The notes under the pieces were generated by a model. That model saw nothing but the letters and a program-made list of their open reading frames with translations, had not been told where the DNA came from and made no database searches. Position numbers and translations under genes: made by a program. Of a stretch of DNA of 64,000 nucleotides, positions 1-14,701 are shown piece by piece; the stretch's first letter is position 1; the number at the start of each line of letters is the position of its first letter. This stretch comes from Octopus sinensis (Eukaryota): assembly GCF_006345805.1 (NCBI RefSeq), contig NC_043001.1, positions 130,572,001 through 130,636,000 on the forward strand. The letters are read 5' to 3'.

Positions 1-896
1 TACATAATCTTTTCTACTCTAGGCACAAGGCCCAAAATTTTGTGGGAGCGGACCAGTTGATTAGATCGAACTCAGTACGAAACTCGTACTTAATTTATCG
101 ACCCCGAAAGGATGAAAGGCAAAGTCAACCACAGAGGAATTTGAACTCGGAGCGTAAAGACAGGTCAAATAACGCTAAGCATTTTGTCCAGCATGCTAAC
201 ATTTCTGCCAGCTCACCACTCTATATATATACACATACATAATGTTAGCTCAGAGGTTCTCAAACTTTTTGGGCCACTGCTCCTCCTCATGGCTACATAA
301 TACCCTAAGTGCCTCCACCCTTATTTTTATGCATAAATAATTATTTTATATATTAAAATCGAAATCAAAATCAAAGTGAAATTCAATCATGGGCACGAGC
401 ACCATACGAGTGTGATCGTTGACAGAGTGGCTAACTGGCTTCTGTGCCAGTGGCACATAAAAGGCACCATTCGAGTGTGATCGTTACCAGCTTTGCCTTA
501 CTGGTACTTGTACCTCGTGCTTGTAGGGTGCTAAGAGCACTATCTGAGCGTGATCGTTGCCAGAGTGGCTAACTGGCTTCCGTGCAGGTGGCATGTAGGA
601 GGCACCATTTGAGTGGGATCGTTACCAGCATCGCCTTACTGGCACCTGTGCCATTGGCATGGGTAAAAAAAAAAGAATTCGAGTGAGGTGGTTGCCAGTA
701 CCGCCTGACTGGCCCCCCATGCCGGTGGCACGTAAAAGCACCCATTACACTCTCGGAGTGGTTGGCGTGTATACATAATTATGATACAATAAATTCACAG
801 CATCCCCCAATTCACTGCCTTCCTCCCAATGCCTCCATTTTATTTACTGCCCTCTTAGATACCAGCACCCACCTGGACCATCTCAACGCCCACCAG

Positions 897-1127
897 GTGG
901 CGGTAGAAACGTTAGCACGCCGGGCGAAATGCGTAGCCGTATTTCGTCTGTCGTTACGTTGTGAGTTCAAATTCCGCCGAGGTCGACTTTGCCTTTCATC
1001 CTTTCGGGGTCGATAAATTAAGTACAATTTACGCACTGGGGTCGATGGAATCGACTTAATACCTATGTCTGTCCTTGTTTGTCCCCTCTATGTTTAGCCC
1101 CTTGTGGGTAATAAAGAAATAGGTAGC
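897..1127 (+). mobile_element. tRNA-derived SINE family A (Meta-core-like)
   Basis: Head ...gtgagttcaaattcc; core gactttgcctttcatcctttcggggtcgataaattaagtac resembles the MetaSINE core (from memory); tail gtgggtaataaagaaataggta. About 10 or more copies in the window. Confidence 0.8.
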
Positions 1128-1881
1128 ACCCACTTTGAGAATTTATGTGTTAGCTGATGAAGTTTTACCACATAAAACACACACACACACAACAGACTTC
1201 TTTCAGTTTCCATCAGCCACATTAAATCACGAGGCTTTTTGTCATAAACATAAAAATTCTGCTCTCCTCTCTGCATAACACTCTTATGAATTTGCCTCAT
1301 TATGTTTTGTGAGCTCAAAAGATTTTCAAAGGATATTCTTTTGTTATATTAGATCCAATGTCAGTACTTCACAATAATATTATTATTAATGGAAGTCCAG
1401 TAAGGTGAAACATTTGTACACAAAATTCCAAGAACCAGTACATATATCAGAATGTATTTCCTTTGATGCTCCCACAATTCTGTTAATGCCATGTTCTTAG
1501 CTGCTGTTTTATTTATCAACTCTAAAAATGATGTAGATCAGAGATGGGCAAAGTGAGATTTGAACATAATATACAGAGAGCTTGACCAAATACCACTAAG
1601 TGTTCTATTGGTATATAAATAAAGGAGAACTATTTAGAAATTAAACAATGTTGAAGCTTGTTTTGTATCCTAGCAGAGAGTTAATATGGGGGATATAATC
1701 ATTTTTTCATAATATTTGGCAAGATTAGAAGCTTGAAACTGAAATGAAGGAAGAAGGGAAAAGATGGATATAATATATATTTAATTTTTTTTATTGTTGC
1801 CTACTATTACGAAGTAATAAAAATGTCTAGTCAGTGGTGATAATATATAGGACTATTTCATTCTTTTTAGAAATTGTCAGT

Positions 1882-2046
1882 AGTGGTTGTGTGGTAAGTA
1901 GCTTGCTAACCAACCACATGGTTCCGGGTTCAGTCCAACTGCATGGCATCTTGGGCAAGTGTCTTCTGCTATAGCCCCGGGCCGACCAATGCCTTGTGAG
2001 TGGATTTGGTGGACGGAAACTGAAAGAAGCCTGTCGTATACATATA

Positions 2047-2087
<41 letters not shown>

Positions 2088-2304
2088 GTATGTGTTTGTG
2101 TGTCTGTGTTTGTCTCCCTAGCATTGCTTGACAACCGATGCTGGTGTGTTTATGTCCCCGTCACTTAGCGGTTCAGCAAAAGAGACCGATAGAATAAGTA
2201 CTGGGCTTACAAAGAATAAGTCCCGGGGTCGATTTGCTCGACTAAAGGCGGTGCTCCAGCATGGCCGCAGTCAAATGACTGAAACAAGTAAAAGAGTAAA
2301 AGAG
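1882..2304 (+). mobile_element. tRNA-derived SINE family B (internal (TA)/(TG) microsatellite, AAAAGAGT tail)
   Basis: A/B-box head (gtggtaagtag...ggttcagtcc). More than 15 similar copies occur in the window on both strands. Confidence 0.85.
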
Positions 2305-3273
2305 TATGACATAACCTGATTTCATCATCATCACTACCTTCATCATTTAGCGTCCATTTTCCATGCTGGCATGGGTTGGACAGTTTGACAGGATATGACC
2401 AGCCAGAGAGCTCCAATAGGCTCCAATTGTCTGTTTTGAAATGGTTTCTATGGCTGGATACCCTTTCTAATGCCAACCACTTTACAGTGTATTGAGTGCT
2501 TTTTATGTGCTGTTATGCAGCACCAGCATGAGTTCTTTATATGTAGCACCCATATAAGTGCTTTCCACATGGCACTGGCATGTGGCTCTGGCATGGCTGC
2601 TTTTCCTGTGACACCGAAATGGGTACTTTTTACATGGAAGAGAAACAGGTGTGTTTTGTGTGGCACCAGTATCTGCAAGCTTGCAAGACAAGCACTACTT
2701 GACTGAGAGAAAGAGTGGAAGGCATAGCTGTAAAGAACATGCCTGTATGTATGGATGGCCAAGATTTTACCTAGCTTGACATAGCTTTTCAAACACAGCA
2801 AATCCTCAGAAGTCTTGGTCTCCTGTCATCTCCTCAGTGAGGCCCAACCTCTGAAGATCCATTCTCATCACTTTGCCCCACGTCTTCTTGGAGATATTTC
2901 TATTAAACAATTTATCCACAACAATTAAACCATATGTGAGTGTCAGCATATTTAACATATGGAATATGAAGTAACTTAAAACAGGAGACAGCTAGGGAAG
3001 AAAACTATAGACATGTTCCTGCTTATTTGAGCCTCTTCAAATACGAAACATGAAGACAATAAGTTAACAGTGATGTGATATAACTGGATAGAAAGGCTTA
3101 AAATATTTGTTCCAAATCTCTACACAGTTAAAATTCCACCGAAGTCAATTTTACTTTCAGCTTTTTGAGATCAATAAATAACAAGCACCAATCCAGTGAG
3201 AGAAATTGGCTAAAGAGCACTGAATTTAATAAACCCCAGAATTATCAGCACCTTTGTCATTTATATCCCTAAG

Positions 3274-3670
3274 AGGCGCAGGAGTGGCTGTGTGGTAAGT
3301 AGCTTGCTAACCAGCCACATGGTTCCGGGTTCAGTCCCACTGCGTGGCATCTTGGGCAAGTGTCTTCTGCTATAGCCCCGGGCCGACCAATGCCTTGTGA
3401 GTAGACTTGGTAGACAGAAACTGAAAGAAGCCTGTCGTATATATGTATATTTATATATATATATGTATGTGTGTGTGTTTGAGTGTCTGTGTTTGTCCCC
3501 CTATAGCATTGCTTGACAACGGATTACTTAGCGGTTTGGCAAAAGAGACCGATAGAATAAGTACTGGGCTTACAAAGAATAAGTCCCGGGGTCGATTTGC
3601 TCGACTAAAGGCAGTGCTCCAGCATGGCCGCAGTCAAATGACTGAAACAAGTAAAAGAGTAAAAGAGAGA
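3274..3670 (+). mobile_element. SINE family B
   Basis: Near-identical to 1882-2304 apart from an internal deletion. Confidence 0.85.
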
Positions 3671-4020
3671 GATGTCTCCAACTGAACTCCAAATAATATG
3701 GTCATCAGTTCACAAGATGTAGATGAACTAAAGTGATATAAAATATGTTTTATTTAGAAACACAATCAAATGCTTACAGCAGGTTTGAACTCAAAACCTG
3801 GCAGTGTCGTCCCCTATTGACTTATCCACCCAGTCATCTCAACATTGTAACACCATACATAAAAGCACACACACACAGACACACATACACATGCACACAC
3901 ACACAAATGCACACATGCACACACAAACATTCATAATTATCCTAGTGTTTAGTTTCCCTCTTACAACTCATTGTCAAACTGATAAGTAAAAAGAGGGACA
4001 CTAGGTGATAACATAAGAAA

Positions 4021-4948
4021 AAGCCGTGATGGAGAGATGGAGGAGGCAGAGGCAGGAGAGAGAGAGAGAGAGAGAGAGTGGAAGAGAAAGAGATAAAAAA
4101 GGGAGAGATGTCAGCAAAGAGAAAAAGTGGGAGAGAGAGAGAGAGAAATGCCAGGTGAGAGAGGAAGTGATGGATAGAATGAAAGAGAGAAGGTGAGGGA
4201 GAGGCAAAAAATAATAAAAAAAGACAGAATATGCATGTGCGAATGTGTGCAAATGTGTGTGTGTGTGTGTGTGTGTGTGTTTGATGGAATTACAGAGTAA
4301 TGGAAGGAAAGAGGGAGAGTGGTGGGGAAAGAGGAGAGGTGGAGTGAAAGAGAAGTGATGTAAAAAAGTGAAAGAGTAGTAGAGAGAGAGGAGAAACAAA
4401 AGAGAAAGAGTAACAGAGGGCTAGAAAGAGGTAGAGAGTGAGTGACTGAAGGTGAGAGGGAGAGTGTGACAGAAAAAGAGAGAGAGAACAGTGCGCTGGA
4501 AAGAGAGAGTGAGAATAGAAAAGGGATAGGGACAGAGAGTGTGAGAATGACAGAGAAAGAGGGAGAGGGGAGAGGGGGTAGAGAGAGGAGAGAGGGAGGG
4601 TGGAAAGGGATAGGGACAGAGTGTGTGAGAATGACAGAGAGAGGGAGAGAGGGGGAGGGTGGGGTGAGAGAGGGGGAGTGAAAGTGGAAAAGGTATAGGG
4701 ACAGAGAGTGTGAGAATGACAGAGAGAGGGAGAGAGAGGGGGGTGAGAGAGGGGGAGAGAGTGAGAGTGGAAAAGGGATAGAGAGTGAAAGTGTTAGAGG
4801 CATAGAATGACAGAGAGAGAGAGGGAGAGGGAGAGGAAGAGTGGGATAAGGTGATAGAGAGGGGGAACAGATAGAGAGAGAGAGTGAGAGTGGAAAAGGG
4901 ATAAGGATGGAGAGTGAGATTGACAGATTGACAGAGGGACAGAATGAA

Positions 4949-5003
<55 letters not shown>

Positions 5004-5030
5004 TACAAATAAAGGCAGGGAGAGATTTAG
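4021..5030 (+). repeat. polypurine (GA-rich) tract of about 1 kb with an embedded minisatellite
   Basis: Recurrent unit ggaaaagggatagggacagagagtgtgagaatgacagagaga near 4519, 4602, 4687, 4769 and 4893. Confidence 0.8.
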
Positions 5031-5997
5031 AAAAGGTATGAAATATACTTCAGTCATCAAACTTTATTCAGATTTCTCCCTCTTCATACAACTCAGCGTA
5101 CAGTTTTGCTTGAAATGACGCAAAGCAATGAGCGAAACATGAAATATCAATCAAAATTATAATGTCCTTTGATGTCGGTATCTTAATTAAGATGTTAATA
5201 CTTCAGTATCTAATTGGCAACATATAAATCAGTTGAACGCAATGTAAATGTAAATATAAGCTATAACCTTCCCACCAAAAGAATTTTCGAAAGATGGTAA
5301 GTTTCTAGGATGGAGAGAGAGAGAGAGAGAGCATGAAGAAACGGTAGATATTTAACCCAAAGATGATCAATGTTTGTGAGATCAAACATAGAAGAGAACC
5401 GATTCCTTCTGATATATTTTTCAAAAGACAAGGAACCGATCTTGCAGATCTTTTGAAGTAGAATTTAGCAATAGCTGATTAGATGCAATAGATATCACAT
5501 TCTTTGTAGAGTTATGTTTTACTTGCATATCTAGATATGTTCTATTCTCCAGTGTTATGTTAATGTTTGTGTTCCGGTGTACAAGGTAGTTTTTTTTTTG
5601 TTTTTTGTTTTGTTTAGTTTTATTTTGTTTGTTTTGGGTTTTTTTTTATCTATTTCGATTTTTTTTTTTTTTTGGTTTGCATTGCACTGGTAGATCTAGA
5701 TATGTTTGTGTATATGATATGTATACACATATATATATATATTCATGAAAACATACATACATACATACATACATACAATACATACATACATATTCATGAA
5801 AACATACATATATACATACATATATATGTTCATGAAAACATGCATACATATATAAATGCACACACACACACACACACATATATGTATCTATATATAAACA
5901 CACACACGTATGTATAAATCGAAAACATGCACATTTATTCATGCCCTTTTCAAATAACCAGATTTAGGGTGTATACATGTATGCGTGCATGCATGTG

Positions 5998-6042
<45 letters not shown>

Positions 6043-6088
6043 TATATATATGTATATATGTATATATGTATATATATATATATGTATA

Positions 6089-6155
<67 letters not shown>

Positions 6156-6160
6156 GTATA

Positions 6161-6203
<43 letters not shown>

Positions 6204-8463
6204 ATATGCATGTACATACACATATGCAGTCATAGATGTTTGTGTGGCTGGAGAGGGAGTGTGGATATTACTTGAAGCTGCACATACGAAGATTTTGAAA
6301 ACTGATATGCAAACAGGATTTCAAAGTTTGAAAGTATTTAAATGAATCACATCATACTCACACAGAAATATATAAACAAATAAATATTTATGTATCTGTG
6401 TGTGTGTGTGTGTTTATAGTTTTTGTTTCATTCATTCATATTATGACTGCATTTTTTTTTCAAGATAGCTTGGGCTAGATCAAGGGTCTCCAACTCAAGG
6501 AAGGAAGAAGGGTATTACAGACGGAAGAACAGGCCCAGTGGACAAAAATAAAGGTGTGCCATTGGGGAGGGAATTGTTGTTATGTTATGTTATGTTCTTT
6601 TGTATTTATTTTGCTTTTAGAGCTACACAACAAAACTTGAAGTCCATTTTTCATGGTTGGCATGGGTGGGGTGGCTTGACCAGAGCTTACAAGCTGGAGA
6701 GTTGCACCAGGTTTCAGGCTGATTTGGCCTGGTTTCTACAGCCGGATGCCCTTCCGAACGCCAACCGCTTTACAGTGTGTGCTGGGTGCTTTTAATGTGG
6801 CACTGGCACAGGCACTCGAATGTGGCACCAGCATGAGCGCTTTTTACATGGCACCAGCACAGGGCTCTTGCAGCTCAATCCTCTTCATCAGGAAGAGTGG
6901 CACTGACATTTCTGCTGTGGAGGACAGGTCTTTTTGAGATATATATCTTAAATTAAACATATTTTTATTGAATGTCAGATTTAGAACTAAGGTTATACGG
7001 CTATGGCTGTGTGGTTAAGAAACTCATTTATCAACCATGCAATTTCAGATTCAGCCCTTATATGCAGCACACTGCACAATTATCATCTACTAGAGCCCCA
7101 GGCTAACCAATGCCTTGTAAACTAATTTAGTAGATGAAAACTGTGTGGAATCTATGCATATCTATGTGTATATATATATATATATGTTGTGAAGGTGCAT
7201 GGCTCAGTGGTTAGAGCGTCAAGCTTAAGATCGTGAGGTTGTGACTTACAGGGGATGTGTCTGAGACACTGGGCAAGACAAAAGGCATATGGCCTAGTGG
7301 TTAGGGTGCTACACTCATAATTGTGTGATCGTGGTTTTGATTCCTAGGCCAGTTGTATATTGCGTTTAGGGGCAAAACACTTCATTTCACATTACTCTAG
7401 ATCACTCAGCTCTAAATGAATAACCTTGTGACAGATTGGTTTATTAGAGTGAGATGGAAAAATTACCAGAATGGAAGCCTCGTGTGCAACATTTTGTATT
7501 AAGTGATCAAAAGAATGAATAGTGCAACTCATACTGTGAACCCCCATTGATTGAGCTTGGTTGTTCCCCCATATCAAAGGCCATCATCATCATCATCAAG
7601 ACAAAAACTTATTGCGTCAGTATTTCATAACTGGAAGGCAGCGAGCAGGCAGAAACGTTAGCATGTCAGACGAAATGCTTAGAGGTATTTCGTCTGTCTT
7701 TACGTTCTGAGTTCAAATTCCATCAAGGTCGACTTTGCTTTTCATCCTTTCGGGGTCGATAAATTAAGTACTAGTTGCATGTTGGGGTCGATCTAATCGA
7801 CTGGTCTCCCTCCCCCAATATTTCGGGCCTTGTGCCTAGAGTAGAAAAAAAAAATTATTTCATAACTGGACTTTATTCCCATCACCAATCCTTACACATT
7901 TAAAAAGTAAGTCGATATTTTATGCCGATTATCTTTGTAAGCATAGTGACACTGTATGTCTTAGTTATAGTGAAAGTAAACATAGCATCCCTGTTTTGCT
8001 CAAGTGGTGCTACAGGAGACCATACAGAGTATGTCGATCAGTTCTGTTAATCCTTGACAAAATATTGCTTAACAGTGAAACAGAGTAACTACCAGCTTAC
8101 AAAAGAAATGAAGGATATTTTAGAAAATAAGTGAATTTATGAGAGAGAAAGAGAGAGAGAGAGATTAACAGTGTAGGTGGGAGAAAACGGGGAGAGAGAG
8201 AAGGAGAGAATGTGTGAATATATAGGAATACATGTACATAAATATGTATGTGCAAATGTGCATGTATGTATGTTTCTGTAGGTATGTATGTGCATGTAAT
8301 TGCCTATTCTTCCATGTATATTTGTGTGTCTTTTAGAGAATGCACGTGTACATGTATGTAGGTAGATAGATAACTAGAAAGAGAGATATAAATATATATG
8401 TCTGTGAGTGTATGTGTGCATATGTATGTATGTATGTGCCTATGTGTGTATGAGTATATATAT

Positions 8464-8496
<33 letters not shown>

Positions 8497-8748
8497 CCAT
8501 CATCATCATCATCATCGTTTAGGGTCCGCTTTCCATGCTAGCATGGGTTGGACGGTTCAAGGGGTCTGGGAAGCCAGAAGGCTGCACACCAGCCCAGTCT
8601 GATCTGGCAATTTTACGGCTGGATGCCCTTCCTAACAACAACCACTCCGTGAGTGTAGTGGGTGATTTTTACGTGCCACTGGCACAGGTGCCAGGCAAGG
8701 CTGGCAACGGCCACGATCGGATGGTGCTTTTTACGTGCCACCGACACG

Positions 8749-8749
<1 letters not shown>
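8497..8749 (-). mobile_element. family C element with (GAT)n tail (RTE-like 3' end)
   Basis: Minus strand ends aagggcatccagcc...catgctagcatggaaagcggaccctaaacgatgatgatg. Related copies occur at about 390-770, 2323-2880, 24748-25012, 27440-27652, 29905-30140, 35330-35605 and 58565-58920. Confidence 0.75.
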
Positions 8750-8798
<49 letters not shown>

Positions 8799-9362
8799 AT
8801 GCACATGGATTTTAAGGTGGTCATGTTACTGTATGTTGGTAAGGATTTATATGCATTATCAAAGGTGGGTATACATGTATGCATGTATATCAGCAAATAT
8901 ATATGAATGTATGTATGTACGTTGGCTGTGTGGAGGTGCAGGTATGGTTGTGTGGCAGGCACAGGGTTGGGTGTGTGGTAAGAAGCTAGCTTCTCAACCA
9001 CAAGCTTAGTTCCATTGTGTATCACCTTGGGCAAGTGTCTTCTACTGTAGCCTCAAGCCAACCAAAGCCTTGTGAGTGGATTTGGTAGATGGAAACTGAA
9101 AAAAGCCTGTTGTATATATATATATATATATATATAGATATAGATATATAGATGTATGTAAATATTTGTGTGTTTGTTCCCCCATCAGTGCTTGACAATC
9201 CACGTAAGTGTGCTTACATCTTCATAACTTAGTGGTTCAGCAAAAAAGATCAATAGAATAAGTATCAGGCTTACAAAGAATAAGTCCAGGGATTGAATTC
9301 TTCGACTAAAAGGTAGTGCTCCAGCATGGTCACAGCCAAAATGACTGAAAGAATAAAAGAAT

Positions 9363-9402
<40 letters not shown>

Positions 9403-9622
9403 TCTCTCTTTACTCTTACTCTTTTACTTGTTTCAGTCATTTGACTGCGGCCATGCTGGAGCACCGCCTTTAGTCGAGCAACTTGACCCTGGGACTTATT
9501 CTTTTTGTAAGCCCAGTACTTACTCTATTGGTCTCTTTTTGCCGAACCGCTAATTGACGGGGACGTAAACACACCAGCATCGGTTGTCAAGCAATGCTAG
9601 GGGAACAAACACAGACACACAA

Positions 9623-9655
<33 letters not shown>

Positions 9656-9827
9656 CATATATACGACAGGCTTCTTTCAGTTTCCGTCTACCAAATCCAC
9701 TCACAAGGCATTGGTTGGCCCGGGGCTATAGCAGAAGACATTTGCCCAAGATGCCACACAGTGGGACTGAACCCGGAACCATGTGGTTGGTTAGCAAGCT
9801 ACTTACCACACATCCACTCCTGCGCCT
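9403..9827 (-). mobile_element. SINE family B
   Basis: Full-length reverse-complement copy. Confidence 0.85.
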
Positions 9828-10082
9828 AATGTATATATATATCTTTTCATGTATATCTATATATATTATTTTATGTATATATATATATGCATGCATGTAT
9901 ATATATGTATTCGTGCATTTATGTATGTATGTGTGAATAATATCATTGAATCAATGAAGATGTGTATGTTTTGACTCTTTGTATGTATATGAAAGTATTT
10001 CACATTGTGCGTGCATTTATGTGTGTGGTGTGCATATGCATGGTGTGTGTGTATATGCATGTGTTTTTATGTACATATGCAT

Positions 10083-10122
<40 letters not shown>

Positions 10123-13100
10123 ATAGTTTTCTTTATTCTCAATTTCAATTTAGACTATTTCTGTGATTTTTTGAAAGTAACTCCCGACCTCATCCAAACC
10201 TCAACTCTTCCAACTCCATTCATACGAACATACAGAAGAATACAGAATAATGTAGTCTAATATAATATAATATTTTAAAAAATGAAGATAGCATTAATTT
10301 AAAGTAATATTAATTACTCTAAATTTTTCATTTGCTTTTTGTGATTATTTAAATTCTATAAGTATTTAAAAAAAAAAATTGTACTTTTTGTTTTTCATAA
10401 CAAACATTATTATTGATGTCTCACATGGCAGAAGGAACCAAAATAAAGATTTTCTATAATAATGCAACACTACAAATCTGTGCGGAATGGTATAAATGAT
10501 AGACTCAACTGTAGTATACAACTGGTAAATGGAGTCATGAAGCCTTATGGTTTAGGTTGTAGCAGTGATCTGAAACCTAACCACTCAGGCACCACAATCA
10601 AACCACAATAGTTTCACATGACCATTCTATTAAGTAACCAATCAGTGTCGGGCCATCTCAAGATTCTCTCTTCTTATTTCTTTATTGCCCACAAGGGGAT
10701 ACACACAGAGGGGGCAAACAAGGACAGACAAATGGATTGAGTTGTTTATATCGACCCCAGTGCGTAACTGGTACTTATTTAATAAGGCGGTGAGCTGGCA
10801 GAAACGTTAGCACGCCGGGCAAAATGTGTAGCCGTATTTCGTCTGTCGTTACGCTGTGAGTTCAAATTCCGCCGAGGTTGACTTTGCCTTTCATCCTTTC
10901 GGGGTTGATAAATTAAGTACCAATTACGCACTGGGGTCGATGGAATCGACTTAATACCTATGTCTGTCCTTGTATTTCGCCCGGCATGCTAACGCTTCTG
11001 CCAGTTCACCACCTTTCTTCTTCTAGCAGCTTCTTGCACCCTATAAAAAAAAGCTACCTTGGGGCAGAACCCATTGAAGAATGTTAAGGCAGCTGAGTGC
11101 TGTGTGTCTTCATTCTTGCCATGCTAGACAACCCCAGCAAACAGCCCAGCAGACAATTGAGGGACACAACTCAGTAGACAATCCAGGAAGATGACCCAGC
11201 AGACAACCCAAGATGACAGCCAGTACAGATGGCTCTGATAGTTGACCAAGAACCTCCATCGCCTCACAAAGGTAGCACAATTGTTTTCAGATATTTTGGG
11301 CAAGCTGCATGTTGCTGTATCAGCAGCTTTCTGTAAACTCAGACCAGTATCTCTCTCCCAGTCTATAATTATTGTTGTTGCTACCTGTGAAAAAACCAGT
11401 GTATTTTGCCTATATGCATGATAATAATTTCGTTTGTTAAATGTTTGTAGGTGTTGTTCAGTTATTTCTTTGCATAGCCAAGAAGCATTTTCATTCATTA
11501 ACTAAACCAACTGCCCTAGCAATAACAATGAAACACAATGATATACTCATGACATCTGATGACCAACTAGTGTGGTTCACCTGAGCACTATACAATAATT
11601 TCATTATTATTATTATTATTATCATATATTATATATATACATATATACGACGGGCTTCTTTCAGTTTCCATCTACCAAATCAACTCACAAGGTTTGATTG
11701 GCCTGAGGCTATAGTAGAAGACACTTGCCCAAGGTGCCACGCAGAGGGACTGAACCCGGAACCATGTGGTTGGTAAGCAAGCTACTTACCACACAGCCAC
11801 TCCTGTGTCTATATTGACCAAAGACAAAAAAAGAAATCAAAATTTTCTTACACAGAGTTGTGAGTTCTTGTTAAAGTCTGATTTGAGTTTACCAGGTTAT
11901 TAGATCAAAGTTTATACCAGACAAACTCCTTAACAGAATGCTGGGCTCCTGATTGTGCTCTAAGTCAAAGGTTCAATTTGAGGGCAGATGCATACATGGG
12001 TCTGGGAACAGAGGGTGCAGGGGGTGAAAGCACTCCTCCTAATTTTTTTTGTTTTTGTTTTTCTCAAGTTTAGAATAAAGTGTGTAAAAAGTGATCTGTA
12101 AAAAGTAACTTGATGCTAGGCTCCTTCTCAAAGAACAAAGAACAAAAAAAAAATGCAATAAGACCTTGCTTGTAAAAACTTTTGGACCTGGTTTTGTACC
12201 TCTACATAAATTTTGTTCCTGAGCCAGTGGAGGCATAAAACCTTTCTTAGTACCCTACAATCTCAATTTTGCTAATTTGCTATGGTATCATTCTTGCTTT
12301 TTCTTCTCTCTTTTTCTCTGTCCTAACATCAACATCTCTCTGTTTCTCTCTCTTCCTCTCCACATCCTTTCTCTTTACTTTCTCCTCCTCTTCTTACGTC
12401 AATTCCTCCTTCTTTACTGCTACTCACCTAGGAATTGCACATCTAACTTACCCTCTTACTGCTCCTTTTTCTTTCTTCTAGAACTAACATTCAAAATTTT
12501 TGAAACATTGTGTGTTTAGCAAGACATTTCATTTCATGTTTCTTCAGTCCATTAATCACTGTTAATCTCCGAAGGATTTGAGACTTAAACAGTGTTTAGC
12601 AGGGACATCTGGTGACTGAAGTACTGATTGGAGGGTGTTGAAGATATCAGGTAATATAAACTTGAAGAGTAAGATACTAACCCTTCTTGGTCATATTTCT
12701 GATGAGATACACAGCTTGTAATTTCAAATTAATTTTTAATTAATTTTGAAAGCAAAGAAGAATTTGGAGGGATTTAGTAAAATGACTAATTTTGTAATTA
12801 TTAAAATGGTGTTAAGGACACATCTTGACAAAAAATTCATGCATAAAATTATGAAAAGAAGTTTTAATTTAGAATTTACTTTAAGACAGGCAGGCTCTTT
12901 GTATAATAGAACAGTGGGATACAATTGCTCTATCTCTCTCTCTCTCTCTGTTTCCTATTCTCCCTTCTTCTCTTTCTCTCTACTTCTTTTCCTCTTCCTC
13001 TCTCTTTGCTGTTTTCTTTTGAACCTCTTGATCGTTTTCTAGTATTTTCACTTAGTTTTCAATATTCCCTAAAGATCTTTAATAAATTGTTAGCTTTTCT

Positions 13101-13689
13101 AACCTTCTTGAAAGAGGTCTAGGTGACAGTTGAGAGAGCCAGCCATTACATATGGGGGAGAAGGAATGATGAAACCTGGCTAAAGTAGTGATGATCCAAA
13201 AATAGACCTGAGGTTGAATACTAGCCAATCAAACAAGTATGTGGGGGCCTCACATCAGTGAGAAGATGAGGTGGTAGTGCATTGTAAAGCTGTCAAGAGG
13301 AAGGCCTCAAAATGGTAAGCAACCCTGAAATCTACTGGCATCAGAAATGCAGAATTTTCAACCAGCTGTACTTGCACAAGCAAGACATTTCTAAATTTCA
13401 ATATGGATGAACAGAACTGATAGGGCATCACTAAAATACCTGCTGCATTCAATAATGCTTTCTACATTCGATGTTCAAATCCCACTAAAGGCAACTTTGT
13501 TTTTCATCTTTCTGGGGTAGATAATATATAGTAACACTATATATATCCTTTCTAAGTATCCTTGATATGAATAAAATCAAAAAGGTTAAGAGTGAAGTGT
13601 TGGGGCATCAATGTGGATAAATGAATTTTGGCAGAGCAATTTCCATTATAGTACTACTAGCATAAAGACATTCATTCACATATCTTTTA

Positions 13690-14026
13690 TTCTTTTACTT
13701 GTTTCAGTCATCTGACTCTGGCCATGCTGGAGCATCACCTTGAAAGGTTTTAGTCGAACAAATCAACTCCAGGACTTTTTTTGTTTTAATCCTGCTGAAC
13801 TGCTAAGTTAGAGGGATGTAAACATACCAGCACTGGTTGTCAAGTAGTGATAGGGGGATAAACACAGACACAAGTTTCTTTCAATTTCTGTCAACCAAAT
13901 CCACTCACAAGGCTTTGGTCGGCTCAAAGCTATAGTAGAAAACACTTGTCCAAGGTGCCACAAAGTGGGACTGAACCTGGAACCATGTGGTTGGGAAGCA
14001 AGCTCCTTACCACACAGCCATGCCTG
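13690..14026 (-). mobile_element. SINE family B (older)
   Basis: Diverged reverse-complement copy. Confidence 0.75.
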
Positions 14027-14030
14027 TACC

Positions 14031-14099
<69 letters not shown>

Positions 14100-14476
14100 A
14101 TAATTTAATAAACACATTATTTAAATATGAGCAACTAACAGTTTCCTGCTATGGAAACACAATAATTCAACAGATATCATGCCTCATATCTCCAAGTGAT
14201 CCTTCATGCTCAAAGGAGACACAAGGCATGATGTATAAATCTGCCAAATGATTGTGTTCCTATGGCATGAAACTATTAGTAGCCTATATTTAAATACTGT
14301 GTATATTGGTTTCAAATTTTGGCACAAGGCCAGTAATTGCAAGGGATGGGTAAGTCATTTACATCGATCCCAGGGTTCAACTGGTACTTATTTTATTGAC
14401 CCCAATAGGATGAAACACAATGTTGACCATGGTGTAATTTGAACTCAGAACGTAGTAGCAGACGAAATACCTATTT

Positions 14477-14701
14477 TTTACTACCCATAAGGGGCTAAAC
14501 ACAGAAAGGACAAACAAGGACAGACAAATGGATTAAGTCGATTATATCGACCCCAGTGCATAACTGGTACTTATTTAATCGACCCCGAAAGGATGAAAGG
14601 CAAAGTCGACCTCGGCGGAATTTGAACTCAGAACGTAACGGCAGACAAAATACTGCTAAGCATTTCGCCTGGCGTGCTAGTGTTTCTACCAGCTTGCCAC
14701 C
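14477..14701 (-). mobile_element. SINE family A
   Basis: Full reverse-complement copy. Confidence 0.8.

Noticed and set aside
4001-5060. Long Leu/Ser-rich and Glu/Arg-rich ORFs (up to 230 aa)
   Set aside because: Translations of the GA/TC low-complexity tract.
11124-11498. 124-aa minus-strand ORF with an internal acceptor-like ttttttcacag
   Set aside because: No recognisable domain and no partner exon or clear donor; cannot be supported as coding.
12690-12745. CTGATGA followed by a possible stem and (g)aaattaatt
   Set aside because: The GAAA box is broken and stem I does not pair; at best a very decayed hammerhead relic.
13200-13450. Possible decayed LINE 3' end on the minus strand (QLYNALPPHL)
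   Set aside because: A single weak motif, insufficient for a call.
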